Below are positions 47,768 to 57,713 of a DNA stretch of 64,000 bases, in pieces. Position numbers and translations under genes: made by a program. The notes below the pieces were generated by a model. That model saw only the letters and a program-made list of their open reading frames with translations, was not told the origin of the DNA and made no database searches. The stretch is taken from the IMG/VR virus record IMGVR_UViG_3300032053_000012; one strand, given 5' to 3'. Source of the stretch: an uncultured virus (IMG/VR IMGVR_UViG_3300032053_000012) (taxonomy: Duplodnaviria; Heunggongvirae; Uroviricota; Caudoviricetes). Numbering within the stretch: the stretch's first letter is position 1; the number at the start of each line of letters is the position of its first letter.

Positions 47768-48253
47768 TCAACCCTCGATCAGCCCGGCGTCGAGCATGCT
47801 CACGTAGCCGGGGCAGTACCCGCGCCCGGGCTCGCCCACGACCACATGGTCGAGCAGCGAGAGGCCGACCGCGTCGGCCGCCGCGTTCACCCGCTTCGTG
47901 AAGTGGACGTCCTCGGCGCTGGGCGTCGGGTCGCCGCTCGGGTGGTTGTGCGCGAGCACGAACCCGTTGACGCCCGACAGCAGCACCGCGCGCAGCACCT
48001 CGGGCGCGTACGCGCAGAGCGACGACGCCCCGCCGCGCGCGACCTCGACGACGGACACCACGCGGCCCCGCGAGTCGACCGCGAGCACGATCAGGACCTC
48101 GCTCGCCTCGCCGCGGAGCGCGAGCCGCGCGACGCCCGCCGCCGACGCGGGACCGCTGACCGCGTCCCCCTCGCCGAGGCGCAGCGGTCGGTCGAGGTCG
48201 AGCCGCACGCGGTAGCGCTTGATCGTCTTCTTGACTCGGGGCTCAGAGGACAC
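47768..48253 (-). CDS. RadC-like JAB-domain protein
   Basis: E...V..VD...PEV.R...LAHNHPSGDPTPSAED...T...LLDHVVVG. Confidence 0.92.
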   Translation of the reverse strand: MSSEPRVKKTIKRYRVRLDLDRPLRLGEGDAVSGPASAAGVARLALRGEASEVLIVLAVDSRGRVVSVVEVARGGASSLCAYAPEVLRAVLLSGVNGFVLAHNHPSGDPTPSAEDVHFTKRVNAAADAVGLSLLDHVVVGEPGRGYCPGYVSMLDAGLIEG

Positions 48254-48872
48254 GGTCCACCTCCGACGCGGCGATCTCGAGCGCGCGCTCCAACGTGTCG
48301 GCGACGATCTCGATCTGGCCCAGCGGCGACGTGCTCCCGACCCGGCGCAGGCGCACGACCCACTCGTCGTCCCCCGGCTCGGTCGGCACGACCAGCGCCC
48401 AGCGCAGCCCGCGCGCGGCGACCGCGACGGCCAGCGCGCGGAGGCTCTGCGCAGCGTCCGCGATGCGGCGGCATCCCGCGCGCGAGCCGTCGCACCGCGA
48501 CCGTGGACGTCCGCACGCGCAGAATGGCTCTGTCTCCGCGACGAAGGGCGACAGGCAGGCGTCGCAGATCCAGCCGCAGCGCGTGACCTGTCCCCCGCAG
48601 GGGACGGACATGGTGTCGACCTGCGTCAACTCGTTCGCCTCGACGTGGCAGACGTCGCACCGGGTGGGGACCTCTGCAGCGGCGCGGCGGTCGCGCTCGG
48701 CGGCGCGCAGCAGGGCCTCGCGGTCGAGGCCGCGCTGGTGGGCGCGGGCGGCGTCGAGGTCGGGGACGTGGCGCGCGTGGGCGGCTGCGGACGCGTCCGC
48801 GTACTCCGCGAACGTCGGCGGCTCCGCGTCGAGCGATGCGTCGTCGGTCGTCGTGGTCGTCGTGGTCGTCAT
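48243..48872 (-). CDS. hypothetical Cys-rich protein
   Basis: GGAGGA RBS within the repeated leader; CxxC motifs. Confidence 0.55.
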   Translation of the reverse strand: MTTTTTTTTDDASLDAEPPTFAEYADASAAAHARHVPDLDAARAHQRGLDREALLRAAERDRRAAAEVPTRCDVCHVEANELTQVDTMSVPCGGQVTRCGWICDACLSPFVAETEPFCACGRPRSRCDGSRAGCRRIADAAQSLRALAVAVAARGLRWALVVPTEPGDDEWVVRLRRVGSTSPLGQIEIVADTLERALEIAASEVDRVL

Positions 48873-48880
48873 GGTCTGCA

Positions 48881-48932
48881 TCCTCCGTCGGTACGACGCG
48901 CGGCGTCGCCCGGTATTCACGGGTTCCGCTGA
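48881..48932 (-). promoter_or_regulatory. repeated promoter/leader element, copy 2
   Basis: near copy of 49411-49465, ending in a GGAGGA RBS. Confidence 0.65.
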
Positions 48933-49402
48933 TTCCGCGTCGGTCGCGCCGGTCCCTGCTTCAGCTTCGCCCGGATTCGCGCGATCCGCTCCGCGGACCG
49001 CCGCGGCGACCGGATCGTCCCGACCTCGAACGTGGTCGGACCTACGAAGACCACGAACGCCTCGGCCTCCTTCGCGTCGATCATCGCCACCAGTGCGTCG
49101 TCGAGGGGCACCACCTCGACGAAGTCGTCGCCCCCGACCGCGGCGCGGGACGCCTCCCACACGTCGCTGTTCTTCTTCGGGTCGTAGCCGCGCGCGTAGA
49201 CGGGGCCGTTGGACTCGCGCAGGGGAGGTCGAGCGACCGGGACGCCGCTCGACATGAGGTAGATCCCCTCGTCCTTGACCAGCATCAGGGCCGGGACGGG
49301 GTCTTTCCCGTAGCCGGCGCTGTGCTCGGAGGCGGACTGCGCGTGGCGCACCAGCGCGCGAACGGCTTTGATCGAGAAGATGAGCTGGGTGGCGTTTTCC
49401 AT
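48917..49402 (-). CDS. DUF3085-like protein
   Basis: LMLVKDEGIYLMS...YARGYDP...WE..RA..GGDDFVE. Confidence 0.7.
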   Translation of the reverse strand: MENATQLIFSIKAVRALVRHAQSASEHSAGYGKDPVPALMLVKDEGIYLMSSGVPVARPPLRESNGPVYARGYDPKKNSDVWEASRAAVGGDDFVEVVPLDDALVAMIDAKEAEAFVVFVGPTTFEVGTIRSPRRSAERIARIRAKLKQGPARPTRNQRNP

Positions 49403-49410
49403 GACTCGTG

Positions 49411-49475
49411 TCCTCCTGTTCGGTACGACGCGGCGGCGTCGCCCAGTATTCACTGTTTCCGCTGAATAGTCGATA
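49411..49475 (-). promoter_or_regulatory. repeated promoter/leader element, copy 1
   Basis: TCGACT-N17-AATACT, CGACGC/GCGTCG hairpin and GGAGGA RBS. Confidence 0.6.
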
Positions 49476-49741
49476 CCCGTCGTGGTTTTAGCATCTTTCG
49501 GCAGAATACGTGTAACGATCCGCCTCGTGCACCGTCTCACCCGCATGCCTCGCAAATCTACCGACGGTTATCGCACCACCTGCTACGGCTGTAACGCGAA
49601 GTGGGGCGAGTGCTCCTGCAAGTCCAACTCACGAGCGAGTGCGGCAGATTCTACGTCGACCCTGAGGTCTACTACGGCGCCGTCTACGTCGAATGGCGCG
49701 CGCGGAAGGAAGGCAAGCGATGAGCGTGCGAGCCACCCTGC

Positions 49742-49990
49742 ATGAGCGACCGCCAGTGGGCACTGCTGCGCAGTCCGTCGCACCGGCCGCCCTCGGTCCC
49801 GGTCACGCCCGACGGGCGCTACGTCCGCGGCGCCGAGGTCGTCGCCGCGCGCAAGCTCGCCGACCTGGGCCTCGTCACGCTCGAGGACTGCGGCTCGCTG
49901 CGCCCCGGCGGACGCTCCGACGGACACCGCTGGTGGATGGAGGTCACCGACCTCGGGAAGACCGTGCGGGATGCGCAGGAGGCCACATGA
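49742..49990 (+). CDS. hypothetical protein (winged-helix-like?)
   Basis: first gene of the divergent plus-strand block. Confidence 0.45.
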   Translation: MSDRQWALLRSPSHRPPSVPVTPDGRYVRGAEVVAARKLADLGLVTLEDCGSLRPGGRSDGHRWWMEVTDLGKTVRDAQEAT

Positions 49991-50289
49991 CGACGACGAG
50001 CCACGCGGAGGGGATCAGCGAGGCGATCACGAGCGGCTTGGAGGTGCTCTCGGACGACGACCACCCCGACCGCGAGGACTACGACAGGGTGCGCGCCCTC
50101 GTCGCCGAGATCGGCGTCGTCGCCGTCCTCGCCGCCCTGCGCGACGGCGCCGACTGCGCCGCCCACGCCGCCCTCGGCGGCTCGCACGGCTCGGACCTGT
50201 TCGACGGCGTCACCGCCGACGACCTGCACCGCGCGACGTACTGCCTCGCGCGGGCCGTCGAGGCGGTCCGCGGCGGTCGGACGCGGTGA
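49987..50289 (+). CDS. hypothetical protein
   Basis: GGAGG RBS, ATGA coupling. Confidence 0.55.
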   Translation: MTTTSHAEGISEAITSGLEVLSDDDHPDREDYDRVRALVAEIGVVAVLAALRDGADCAAHAALGGSHGSDLFDGVTADDLHRATYCLARAVEAVRGGRTR

Positions 50290-50360
50290 CGCGCTCGCCC
50301 GCGTAGGTGTAGGATCGGGGCGACGGCGGGAAGCGACCAGAAGCAGGAGGAAGGCAGCGA

Positions 50361-50792
50361 ATGGCGAACTACCTGATCTACACGGAACATGGCGAGGTCC
50401 TGGGCGGCGCGGACGACCCGGCGACGCTGAAGCAGCACATGCGCCGCCTGGCGAAGATCCACGGGTACGTCAAGGCGCAGGCCGTGACGGCGACCGGCGA
50501 GTGGCAGCGCGGCGTCCGGGGCATCCCGATCATCGTCGAGGACCCGAGCGCGTCGTCGCACCCGTCGCTCGACCCCGACCGCTGGCACGACCCCACCATG
50601 TACCTCGTCCTCTCCATCGACGGCACCCCGCTCGCGGGCGCGACGAGCCTGAAGGACGCCCTCAGGCACGCGCGCAGGCTCGCGAAGAAGGACCTGTCCT
50701 ACGGGACGGTCGAGGTCCATCGCGTCGACGCCGCGGGATCGACCTCGCGCGCGGGGAGCCAGAGCAACGACGGGGAGTGGAGTCCGACGTAG
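50361..50792 (+). CDS. hypothetical protein
   Basis: purine-rich RBS; 143 aa. Confidence 0.6.
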   Translation: MANYLIYTEHGEVLGGADDPATLKQHMRRLAKIHGYVKAQAVTATGEWQRGVRGIPIIVEDPSASSHPSLDPDRWHDPTMYLVLSIDGTPLAGATSLKDALRHARRLAKKDLSYGTVEVHRVDAAGSTSRAGSQSNDGEWSPT

Positions 50793-50809
50793 GGAAGGCG
50801 GGTGGAGTC

Positions 50810-51178
50810 GTGATCCTCGATACAAGGTTTCAGCAACGTCACGCCGCGTGGCAGCGGCTCTCCGATCGACTCGGTACGATCCTACGCATGCCGACTGTCT
50901 TGGAGAGAGCGAAGCATCCGGTCTTCGACGCGATCCTAGTGCGCTACCCGCGCGGCGTCCGCGCGGTCGTGACGCTCGGCGAGCACGAGTCGTGGGTCAT
51001 CGTCGTAAAGCGCGAGCGCGAAAGACTTGAACAGCAGTACGAGGAGGGAGACTTAGAGGAGATCGACTTCCTCGGGGTCGACACGTCCCCCGACATGCAC
51101 GTCGACGTTGTGGCTCGCTACCTGACCGACGTACTCCAAGAGCGCAGAGCCTCATGGTCACAAGGAGACAGGCAATGA
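50810..51178 (+). CDS. hypothetical protein
   Basis: GGAG plus GTG. Confidence 0.5.
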   Translation: MILDTRFQQRHAAWQRLSDRLGTILRMPTVLERAKHPVFDAILVRYPRGVRAVVTLGEHESWVIVVKRERERLEQQYEEGDLEEIDFLGVDTSPDMHVDVVARYLTDVLQERRASWSQGDRQ

Positions 51179-52017
51179 AGTCGAAAGCAGACTGGTATCT
51201 GGAAGACGTGACACACGCGAACTGGCCCAATGTGAAGGGCTGGCGTGGTCGTGACCAAGCCAAGAAAGGTCGTGGGTATAGAAGCGAAGACGAAGCGTCC
51301 GAACGCGTTCATGAGATTTCGCGAGCCTACAACGCGAAGTACGGAACAGGCGGACCCGACCTTCGAGTCCGGCGTGTCGAGGTCGAGCCCGCGGCGTCGA
51401 CGCGAAAGCGCGCCACGCCGCTGAAGCGGCAGCCAACGAAGAAGGCGAAGGCGGCGGGACGACTCGTCGTGAGGCTCGCGGTGGTCCCGAACCCGGACCA
51501 CGGCCAGTACGGCAGCATGGGCGTCCCGACGCGGCGCGTCCCCGTCACGAGTCTCGAGCACGCGTCGCACGTCGTGCGCGCCTTCGTCCGGTGGATGACC
51601 GAGGAGGGACTCGGCGGCGGCAACTGGGGCGGCGGCGAGGTCCACGAGGGGAAGCGCCTCGTCGCGCGCGTCTCGTACAACGGCCGCGTGTGGCCCCCCG
51701 AGGGGTGGACGTCGGGGCAGGTCCCCCTCTACGATCCCCCGCTGTCGAGCGGGCCAGGAGGGGCGTGGGACGCGAACCGCAGCGCGGCGACGCCCGCGAT
51801 CTCCCTGCGCCGCGCGCGCGAGGTCATGGCGAACACGAACGCCCTCCCACGCGCCCGCGTGGTGTGGCCGGACGGCTCGGATTGGTCCGACGAAATCGAC
51901 CACCGCACCGCGTGGGCGTGGGTCGCCGCGCCCGACGAGGTCGAACTGTTCGGCGGCGTCGTGGAGGTCGCGGCGGAGGGGATGCCTTGGACGCAGGTGT
52001 CGTCGGTGCGGCCATGA
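51175..52017 (+). CDS. hypothetical protein
   Basis: AAGGAG RBS; GLGGGNWGGG...VARVSYNGRVW motif. Confidence 0.65.
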   Translation: MKSKADWYLEDVTHANWPNVKGWRGRDQAKKGRGYRSEDEASERVHEISRAYNAKYGTGGPDLRVRRVEVEPAASTRKRATPLKRQPTKKAKAAGRLVVRLAVVPNPDHGQYGSMGVPTRRVPVTSLEHASHVVRAFVRWMTEEGLGGGNWGGGEVHEGKRLVARVSYNGRVWPPEGWTSGQVPLYDPPLSSGPGGAWDANRSAATPAISLRRAREVMANTNALPRARVVWPDGSDWSDEIDHRTAWAWVAAPDEVELFGGVVEVAAEGMPWTQVSSVRP

Positions 52018-52847
52018 CGATGTTCCGCCGAGGCGACCGCGTCGAGTTCACCCACCCGACCTACGGCGTGGTCTCCGGGACGGTCAGGTCCGTCAACCCC
52101 CGCACCGTCTCGGTCGAGAACACGAGCGACGGTCGGCAGGGCTGGCGCGTGAGCCCCGGCGTGCTTCGACCGAGCACGGCGGTCCCGACGACGACGCCGT
52201 CGACTGGCAGGCGGATCGAGGAGTCGTCGTCGAGGTCGACGCTCCGGCGAGGCGACCGCGTCGAGTTCACCCACCCGACCCACGGCGTGGTCTCCGGGAC
52301 GGTGAAGTCCGTGAACCGCCGCAGCGTCACGGTCGAAGACACGAGTGATGGTCGGAAGGGCTGGCGCGTCACTCCCGACATGCTCCGACCCGCGGGGACG
52401 TCCTCCGCGACGACGACGAGCGCGACCAGCGCGGTCGCGCCGCCCCCGCGTCCGTCGTTCTCCGTGGGCGACACCGTGGAGGTCGCGGTCCCCGACCCGT
52501 GGGCGAGGACCGCGACGTCCGTCGGCGTCGTGACCCAGATCGCCTCGGGGCGCGTCGAGCTCTACGTCGGCGGTCGCACGATCACCGACGACGGGAGCCG
52601 CGTCGCCAGGCGACCGCGGCGCTCCGAGGCCGAGGTCATGGCCGCGATCGTCGGTGTCTACAACCACCTGTCCCCTGAGAACCTGCACGCGGACGGCCTG
52701 CGCTCGAGGAGCGACGCGGCCCGGCTCGCCGCGACGCTGAACCGCGCGCTCCGCGCCCTCTTCGTCGAGGCGGGCCGCAGGGTCTCCGAGGAGGAGGCGT
52801 ACGACTGGCTCGAGCGCGAGCGTGCGCAGGGACGACTGAGACTATAA
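52014..52847 (+). CDS. protein with tandem SH3/KOW-like repeats
   Basis: RRGDRVEFTHPT.GVVSGTV.SVN...V.VE.TSDGR.GWRV.P..LRP twice, plus a third degenerate copy. Confidence 0.65.
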   Translation: MTMFRRGDRVEFTHPTYGVVSGTVRSVNPRTVSVENTSDGRQGWRVSPGVLRPSTAVPTTTPSTGRRIEESSSRSTLRRGDRVEFTHPTHGVVSGTVKSVNRRSVTVEDTSDGRKGWRVTPDMLRPAGTSSATTTSATSAVAPPPRPSFSVGDTVEVAVPDPWARTATSVGVVTQIASGRVELYVGGRTITDDGSRVARRPRRSEAEVMAAIVGVYNHLSPENLHADGLRSRSDAARLAATLNRALRALFVEAGRRVSEEEAYDWLERERAQGRLRL

Positions 52848-52874
52848 GACGCGAAGAAAGACGAGGAGAGATCG

Positions 52875-53393
52875 ATGGCACACAAGATCGTGAGGATCGA
52901 GATGGTCGAGGTGGGCAGTGGGCACGGCGTGAAGGCGTTGATCCGCGACTCGCGCACGGGTCGGAAGATCGCCGAGACGGACGTCCGGCCCTTCGGCTTC
53001 GACGCAGCCGTGCACAGCGACGCGCTCGCCGAGATCGAGGGGCGCGGCTGGTCTTGGGACGGTCGAGGCGTCGTGAAGGATTGGGAGGGCAATCACTCGC
53101 GACCGCGCAGCGCGCGGCGCGCTCTCCCGACCCACCTCTTCGCCGCCTACGACTGGACAGACTCGGCCGGCGAGCTCGCCGAGCTAGGCAGCCTCCGCGG
53201 TGACTCCCTCGCGGCCTACGCAAGGGCCGCGGAGGCGAACGCGCGCGCGCACCACTACGCCGACGTGTTCGCCGCCGATCTCGTGGAGCTCGCTGCGTGG
53301 CTCGGACACAGCGGCGTTGTTTCGTGGCACGAGCAGATCAAGGCAGCCGCCGAGGTGCCGCCAGACTTCACGCACACGAAGATGGGAGCCTGA
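52875..53393 (+). CDS. hypothetical protein
   Basis: GAGGAG RBS. Confidence 0.6.
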   Translation: MAHKIVRIEMVEVGSGHGVKALIRDSRTGRKIAETDVRPFGFDAAVHSDALAEIEGRGWSWDGRGVVKDWEGNHSRPRSARRALPTHLFAAYDWTDSAGELAELGSLRGDSLAAYARAAEANARAHHYADVFAADLVELAAWLGHSGVVSWHEQIKAAAEVPPDFTHTKMGA

Positions 53394-54256
53394 TCATGAG
53401 CCGTTACGCTGGGAGCGAGTGGGGCTTCGTCGCGAGCGTCGGAAGCACCCATTTCCGTACCGACTACATTGACCGCGAACTGGCCGAGCAGCTCGCGGAG
53501 TCGCCGGCCGGTACGCGTGAGGACTACCTCGCGCTCTGGCTCGTACCTCCGTTCTACATGGCCGCTGGAGAGGGAGAGTTCCGTGCGCGACAAGGCAACC
53601 TGCCGCTCGCGTGGGACTACCTGCGCGGCAAGCAGGAGCTGCCAGAGGACTTCCTCAACGATCCGAACGCGTGGCTCGAACGCGTGAAGCGCGAGGAGTA
53701 CCCGACCTACGATGTGCGGCCGGTCGCCGGCACGAAGGCGTGGAGCGCGAAGAACCGCGCTCGTCCAGGCGTCGGCAAGGGGATGAGTAAGACAGACATG
53801 GTCGTGGTCATGTACGGCGACCGGTCGCTCTACGGAGCAGCGGTAGCGAACGAGCGAACAACCAATCCGTCCTACTGGGGATACGATCGAGGGGAACCGG
53901 TCGCTCTCTTCCGCGCGAGTGTTCCGCACGAGATCGTCGGCTTCTCCGACTTTGAGAAGACGAAGCCGGTCACGCTCGTCGAGGCACTCGAAGGACAGGG
54001 TACGATGAACCAATGGTTCGACGACGGCTACAAAGGATGGGGAGCGGTCGCTCCGTATGTCAAACCGAAGAAGCCGTTCTACGTATCACATGAGTACGAC
54101 AAAGATTTCGGTCCGTTCAAGCGCGAGTCGAACGCGTCAGACGCGAACCGCGCTCGCCGAGCTAGGCAGCCTCCGCGGTGACTCCCTCGCGGCCTACGCA
54201 AGGGCCGCGGAGGCGAACGCGCGCGCGTCACCACTACGCCGGATCAAGGCAGCCGC
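53174..54256 (+). repeat. about 89-bp direct repeat pair flanking one gene
   Basis: 53174-53262 matches 54152-54241 except a 1-nt insertion; 54242-54256 matches 53336-53350. Confidence 0.9.
53396..54181 (+). CDS. hypothetical protein
   Basis: 261 aa; its 3' end runs into the duplicated segment. Confidence 0.6.
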   Translation: MSRYAGSEWGFVASVGSTHFRTDYIDRELAEQLAESPAGTREDYLALWLVPPFYMAAGEGEFRARQGNLPLAWDYLRGKQELPEDFLNDPNAWLERVKREEYPTYDVRPVAGTKAWSAKNRARPGVGKGMSKTDMVVVMYGDRSLYGAAVANERTTNPSYWGYDRGEPVALFRASVPHEIVGFSDFEKTKPVTLVEALEGQGTMNQWFDDGYKGWGAVAPYVKPKKPFYVSHEYDKDFGPFKRESNASDANRARRARQPPR

Positions 54257-54472
54257 GGCGCGCGTCTATGGTGACCCGTGCGCCAAAGAGATCGAAAGCG
54301 CTGACCTCGACGACTATCGCGGGCAGTCGCCCGACGACGCGATCGTGGCGATCGTAGGCGGGTGGTCGCGCGCCGGGACCAAGTGACCCCTTAGAGCAGG
54401 CCGCGCTCGACGTCGCCGCGCTCAGCAAGCCTCCTCGCGGCAGGCGCGGCAAAAAGAAGAAGTGACCGTGAT

Positions 54473-56065
54473 CTAGAACAGCGTGACCTGCCCGGTCGGA
54501 GGCGGCGGCGGCTCGTCGTCCGGGTCGGGCGGCTCGGCCGGCTCGACGGCCGGCTCGGCGACCTCGCGCCCCGCGGCCGACAGTTCGCCGTGGTCGCTCC
54601 CCCCGAGCTCGACCAGCATGCGCGCCAGCAGCCTGCGATGGCACCGATCAGACTTCGACGCGCAGTAGCAGAGGAGCACCACCCGCGGCCGCGCGAGCAT
54701 CGCCTCCCACGCGCCCGGGTCGCGCGCCCGGCTCGCCGCCATCTCCGCGCGGTACTCGACCTCGTACTGCTCGGGCGTGACCACCGGTGCGCCCTTCGCG
54801 AGCTTCGGCAGCGCGCGGCGCAGCAGCGCCCACGACGGCGCGAACGGCAGCCCCGCCGGCCCCGCGCTCTTGCGCGTCACGTCGAGCGCGTCGGGGTCGC
54901 GGCACCCGACCCGCGACGTGTAGACGCGCAGCATGGAGGAGTCCGTCGCGTCGTACGTCGTCGTGTCCGTGTCTGCGTCCGCGCGTCGGTCATGCTCCTC
55001 CTGGCTCGACCTGCGTCCAGAGGAGAGCATCGCGCGCATGTCGAAGAACCCGACGAACTCGGGTCGAACGACGGGCAGCAGGCGTGCGTAGAGGGCGATG
55101 AAGTCGTTGTTGATCTTGAAGACGTCGCCCGTCGTGACCAGGTCGTGCTCGAAGCGACACCACGTGATGATCGTCCACGCGCTGTACTTCTGCCGCCCAG
55201 AGTCCTTGATCCGTCGCGCCTGGTCGACGAACTTCACGAACACGTGCGGGTTCGCTCGGTGGTAGAGGATGAACCGCTCAACGAGTCTCGCGTCGGCCTC
55301 GGCGAGCGTCCGTCGGATCTGATCGTCGGTCGGCTCGGCTACTCCACCGCCTGTCTCCTTGCTGCTCCCGGTCGCGTGAGGCGGCGGTGGTTCTGGGGAC
55401 GATCTCGCGGTCGAAATGGATCCCGATCCAGAGTCCGAGTCGACCTCGCGCCGCACGAGCGCCGCGACCGCGGCGAGCCGCGCGAGGTACGGGTCGACTA
55501 CCTCGGTCTCTGTCTTGGTCGACCGCGGCGGCGAGCTGGTCGTGCCGACCGCGGTCGTCACGGTCGCTCGAGCCAGGCGCAGGACCGCCGCGAGCGCGTC
55601 GACCGCGTCCTCGGCCGCCCCGCGCGCCGCGGTGGTCAACTCGGCCGCCGTCTCAAGCACGCCGAGGAGGTCCGATCCGCGCTCCGAGCCGCACGCGAGG
55701 GTCAGGCTCGCCGAGCGCTCCGCAGTGCTCGGCTCCGCGGGTCGGACGCGCCACGCCTCGTCGGCGCGCGCCCGGGCCGTGCCGGTCGAACTCGTGGCGA
55801 TCGAAGCGGCGGCAGCACCGACGGCCTCCGCGTTCTCGACGACCGCCCGCTCGATCTCCTCGAGCCTCTCGGCGTAGGCGCACACGAAGCAGCGTGTCCA
55901 GGCGAGCAGCGGTTCCTCGTCGTGCGCGGGCGGGTGGTCGAAGTCCGGGATGCTCCCCGGCGCGACCCCCGCGCGCTCGACCGACGCGAGGTGCACCCAC
56001 CGCCGGTCGGGGTCGTCGTCGCACCGGTGCCAGCCGAGCTCGCTTGCGCTCGCGGTAGTCGTCAT
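54473..56065 (-). CDS. multi-domain protein with C-terminal DUF488-like domain
   Basis: VYTSR...FAPSW.L...Y..EM...VVLLCYC.....CHRRLLA; central F..YH..NPHVF..F...FKINND...YAR domain. Confidence 0.6.
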   Translation of the reverse strand: MTTTASASELGWHRCDDDPDRRWVHLASVERAGVAPGSIPDFDHPPAHDEEPLLAWTRCFVCAYAERLEEIERAVVENAEAVGAAAASIATSSTGTARARADEAWRVRPAEPSTAERSASLTLACGSERGSDLLGVLETAAELTTAARGAAEDAVDALAAVLRLARATVTTAVGTTSSPPRSTKTETEVVDPYLARLAAVAALVRREVDSDSGSGSISTARSSPEPPPPHATGSSKETGGGVAEPTDDQIRRTLAEADARLVERFILYHRANPHVFVKFVDQARRIKDSGRQKYSAWTIITWCRFEHDLVTTGDVFKINNDFIALYARLLPVVRPEFVGFFDMRAMLSSGRRSSQEEHDRRADADTDTTTYDATDSSMLRVYTSRVGCRDPDALDVTRKSAGPAGLPFAPSWALLRRALPKLAKGAPVVTPEQYEVEYRAEMAASRARDPGAWEAMLARPRVVLLCYCASKSDRCHRRLLARMLVELGGSDHGELSAAGREVAEPAVEPAEPPDPDDEPPPPPTGQVTLF

Positions 56066-56268
56066 CGTCGTCGCTCCCGCACACTCGCGCACCAGACAGC
56101 CGACTCGAGTTCTAGCCACTCGTCGAGGCAGCGCCGCAGCGCCTCGCCCGTCGTTACCCCCTCGCGCCTCACCCGCCTCGCGAGCGCGCGTGCGTGCCGC
56201 GCGGGGACCCGGGCGACGATCGTCGTCGTCTTCGGGTCGCTCGTCGGACGGCCTCGCTTGTCCTTCAT
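56062..56268 (-). CDS. small RHH-like DNA-binding protein
   Basis: KRGRP..DPK...IVARVP...REGVTTGEALRRCLDEWL. Confidence 0.55.
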   Translation of the reverse strand: MKDKRGRPTSDPKTTTIVARVPARHARALARRVRREGVTTGEALRRCLDEWLELESAVWCASVRERRR

Positions 56269-56843
56269 CGCCCGCGCCCGCTCTTCGTCCCGATCTTCTT
56301 CATTCCGCTCTTTCGCGCGGGCGTCGGCGCGGGCGCCACCAGGGCAGGGTGCGGCACCACGACCAGCAGCGCGGCCATCTCGGCGTCGTGCATTCTGCCG
56401 CCTCCGAGGAGGTCGAGCGCGCGCAGCCGCGCGGCCTCCGCTCGCTCGCGGCTCCCGTAGACCGTCGGGCCGGGGTCGAGGCCGACCAGGCTCACCCCGT
56501 CGCCGTCGTCGCGCTCGCGCAGGAACCCCGCGCGGTCCCGGTAGCGGACGATGAACGGCTCCGCGGCGGCGACCTGCGCGAGCGCCGCCGTCACCGCCGC
56601 GCGCTCTGACCGGCGCACGTCCGTCAGCAGCGACGCGAGCGGGCCGGCGGCGGACCGCGGCGAGTCGACCAGGAGCTCGGCCCAGTGCTCGAGCCACGCC
56701 CTCGCGAGCGGGATCGCGTCCGGCTGCCGCAGGTCATCGTCGACGTGGCCGATCTGGTCGTGGATTGCCAGCAGCCGCGCGGTCGTCTCGCCCGTCGTCT
56801 CGCCCGTCGTCTCGCCCGATTTCTCGTCCTTGCTCGCGCTCAT
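56265..56843 (-). CDS. hypothetical protein
   Basis: ATGA-coupled ORF. Confidence 0.5.
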   Translation of the reverse strand: MSASKDEKSGETTGETTGETTARLLAIHDQIGHVDDDLRQPDAIPLARAWLEHWAELLVDSPRSAAGPLASLLTDVRRSERAAVTAALAQVAAAEPFIVRYRDRAGFLRERDDGDGVSLVGLDPGPTVYGSRERAEAARLRALDLLGGGRMHDAEMAALLVVVPHPALVAPAPTPARKSGMKKIGTKSGRGR

Positions 56844-57168
56844 CTCGTCGACCTCGTCTTCCCCCGCGTCTTCCCCCGCGCGTCGCAGCGCCCGCTCAGC
56901 ACGCCGCGCCGCTGCCAGTGGCTCTCCCCGCCCCGCGGCAGCCCGTCGCGCCCGAGGCAGAGCGCGCCGCGCTTGGCCTTGCAGCTCGGGCACGCGACCA
57001 GTGCGACGCACACGTGCGCGCGCACCCAGAGGTTGCGACCGACGCGCACGAACGCCCAGCGCGGCGACGCGCCCTCGGCGATCAGGCACGTCGGCGCGAC
57101 CTCACGCCCCGGCCGGCGCGCGTCGCGATCGAGCAGGATCGCGTCCGTCGTCGCGCTCGGTCTCCTGG

Positions 57169-57549
57169 TCATCCCGTCCTCCTCTTGCCGTCGTTCGGTC
57201 GAGTCGGATCGACGATCGACTGCACCCACTGAGGCCGCCCCACCCGCCGATAGGTATCCGTTGTCGCTGAATTACGCCTCGGCGGCGACGACGGCCGAAG
57301 GCGGCGCAACACCACGGCCAGGTAGACGGCGAGCGACAGGACGAGCGCGGCGAACGCGGCGTAGATCGCGCAGACCACCGGGTGACGCCCACGCGCGTTC
57401 GCGACCGCCATCGCGACGAAGACCGCAGCGAGCACCACGTCGGCGGCCAGCAGCAGGCGGAGCCAGCGGAGCGCCCGCTCCATCGCCTCGCACGACGCCC
57501 GCTCCGCCGCGTCGACCCTCGACTCCGTTTCCGTCTTCTGGTTCTGCAC
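57169..57549 (-). CDS. two-TM membrane protein
   Basis: two hydrophobic helices. Confidence 0.45.
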   Translation of the reverse strand: MQNQKTETESRVDAAERASCEAMERALRWLRLLLAADVVLAAVFVAMAVANARGRHPVVCAIYAAFAALVLSLAVYLAVVLRRLRPSSPPRRNSATTDTYRRVGRPQWVQSIVDPTRPNDGKRRTG

Positions 57550-57713
57550 TAGGAGTCACCTCTCCGTTCGGACGGCTGGACACGGACACGAACAGGTACA
57601 TGGGCACGGATCCGCGGGGCGCGTCGGCTCCACGGGACGCGGCGGCTCCACGACGAGGGCGTAGGCGACGAGCATCACCGTCAGGCCCACGCCGAGCGCG
57701 ACGCCGTAGTCCC

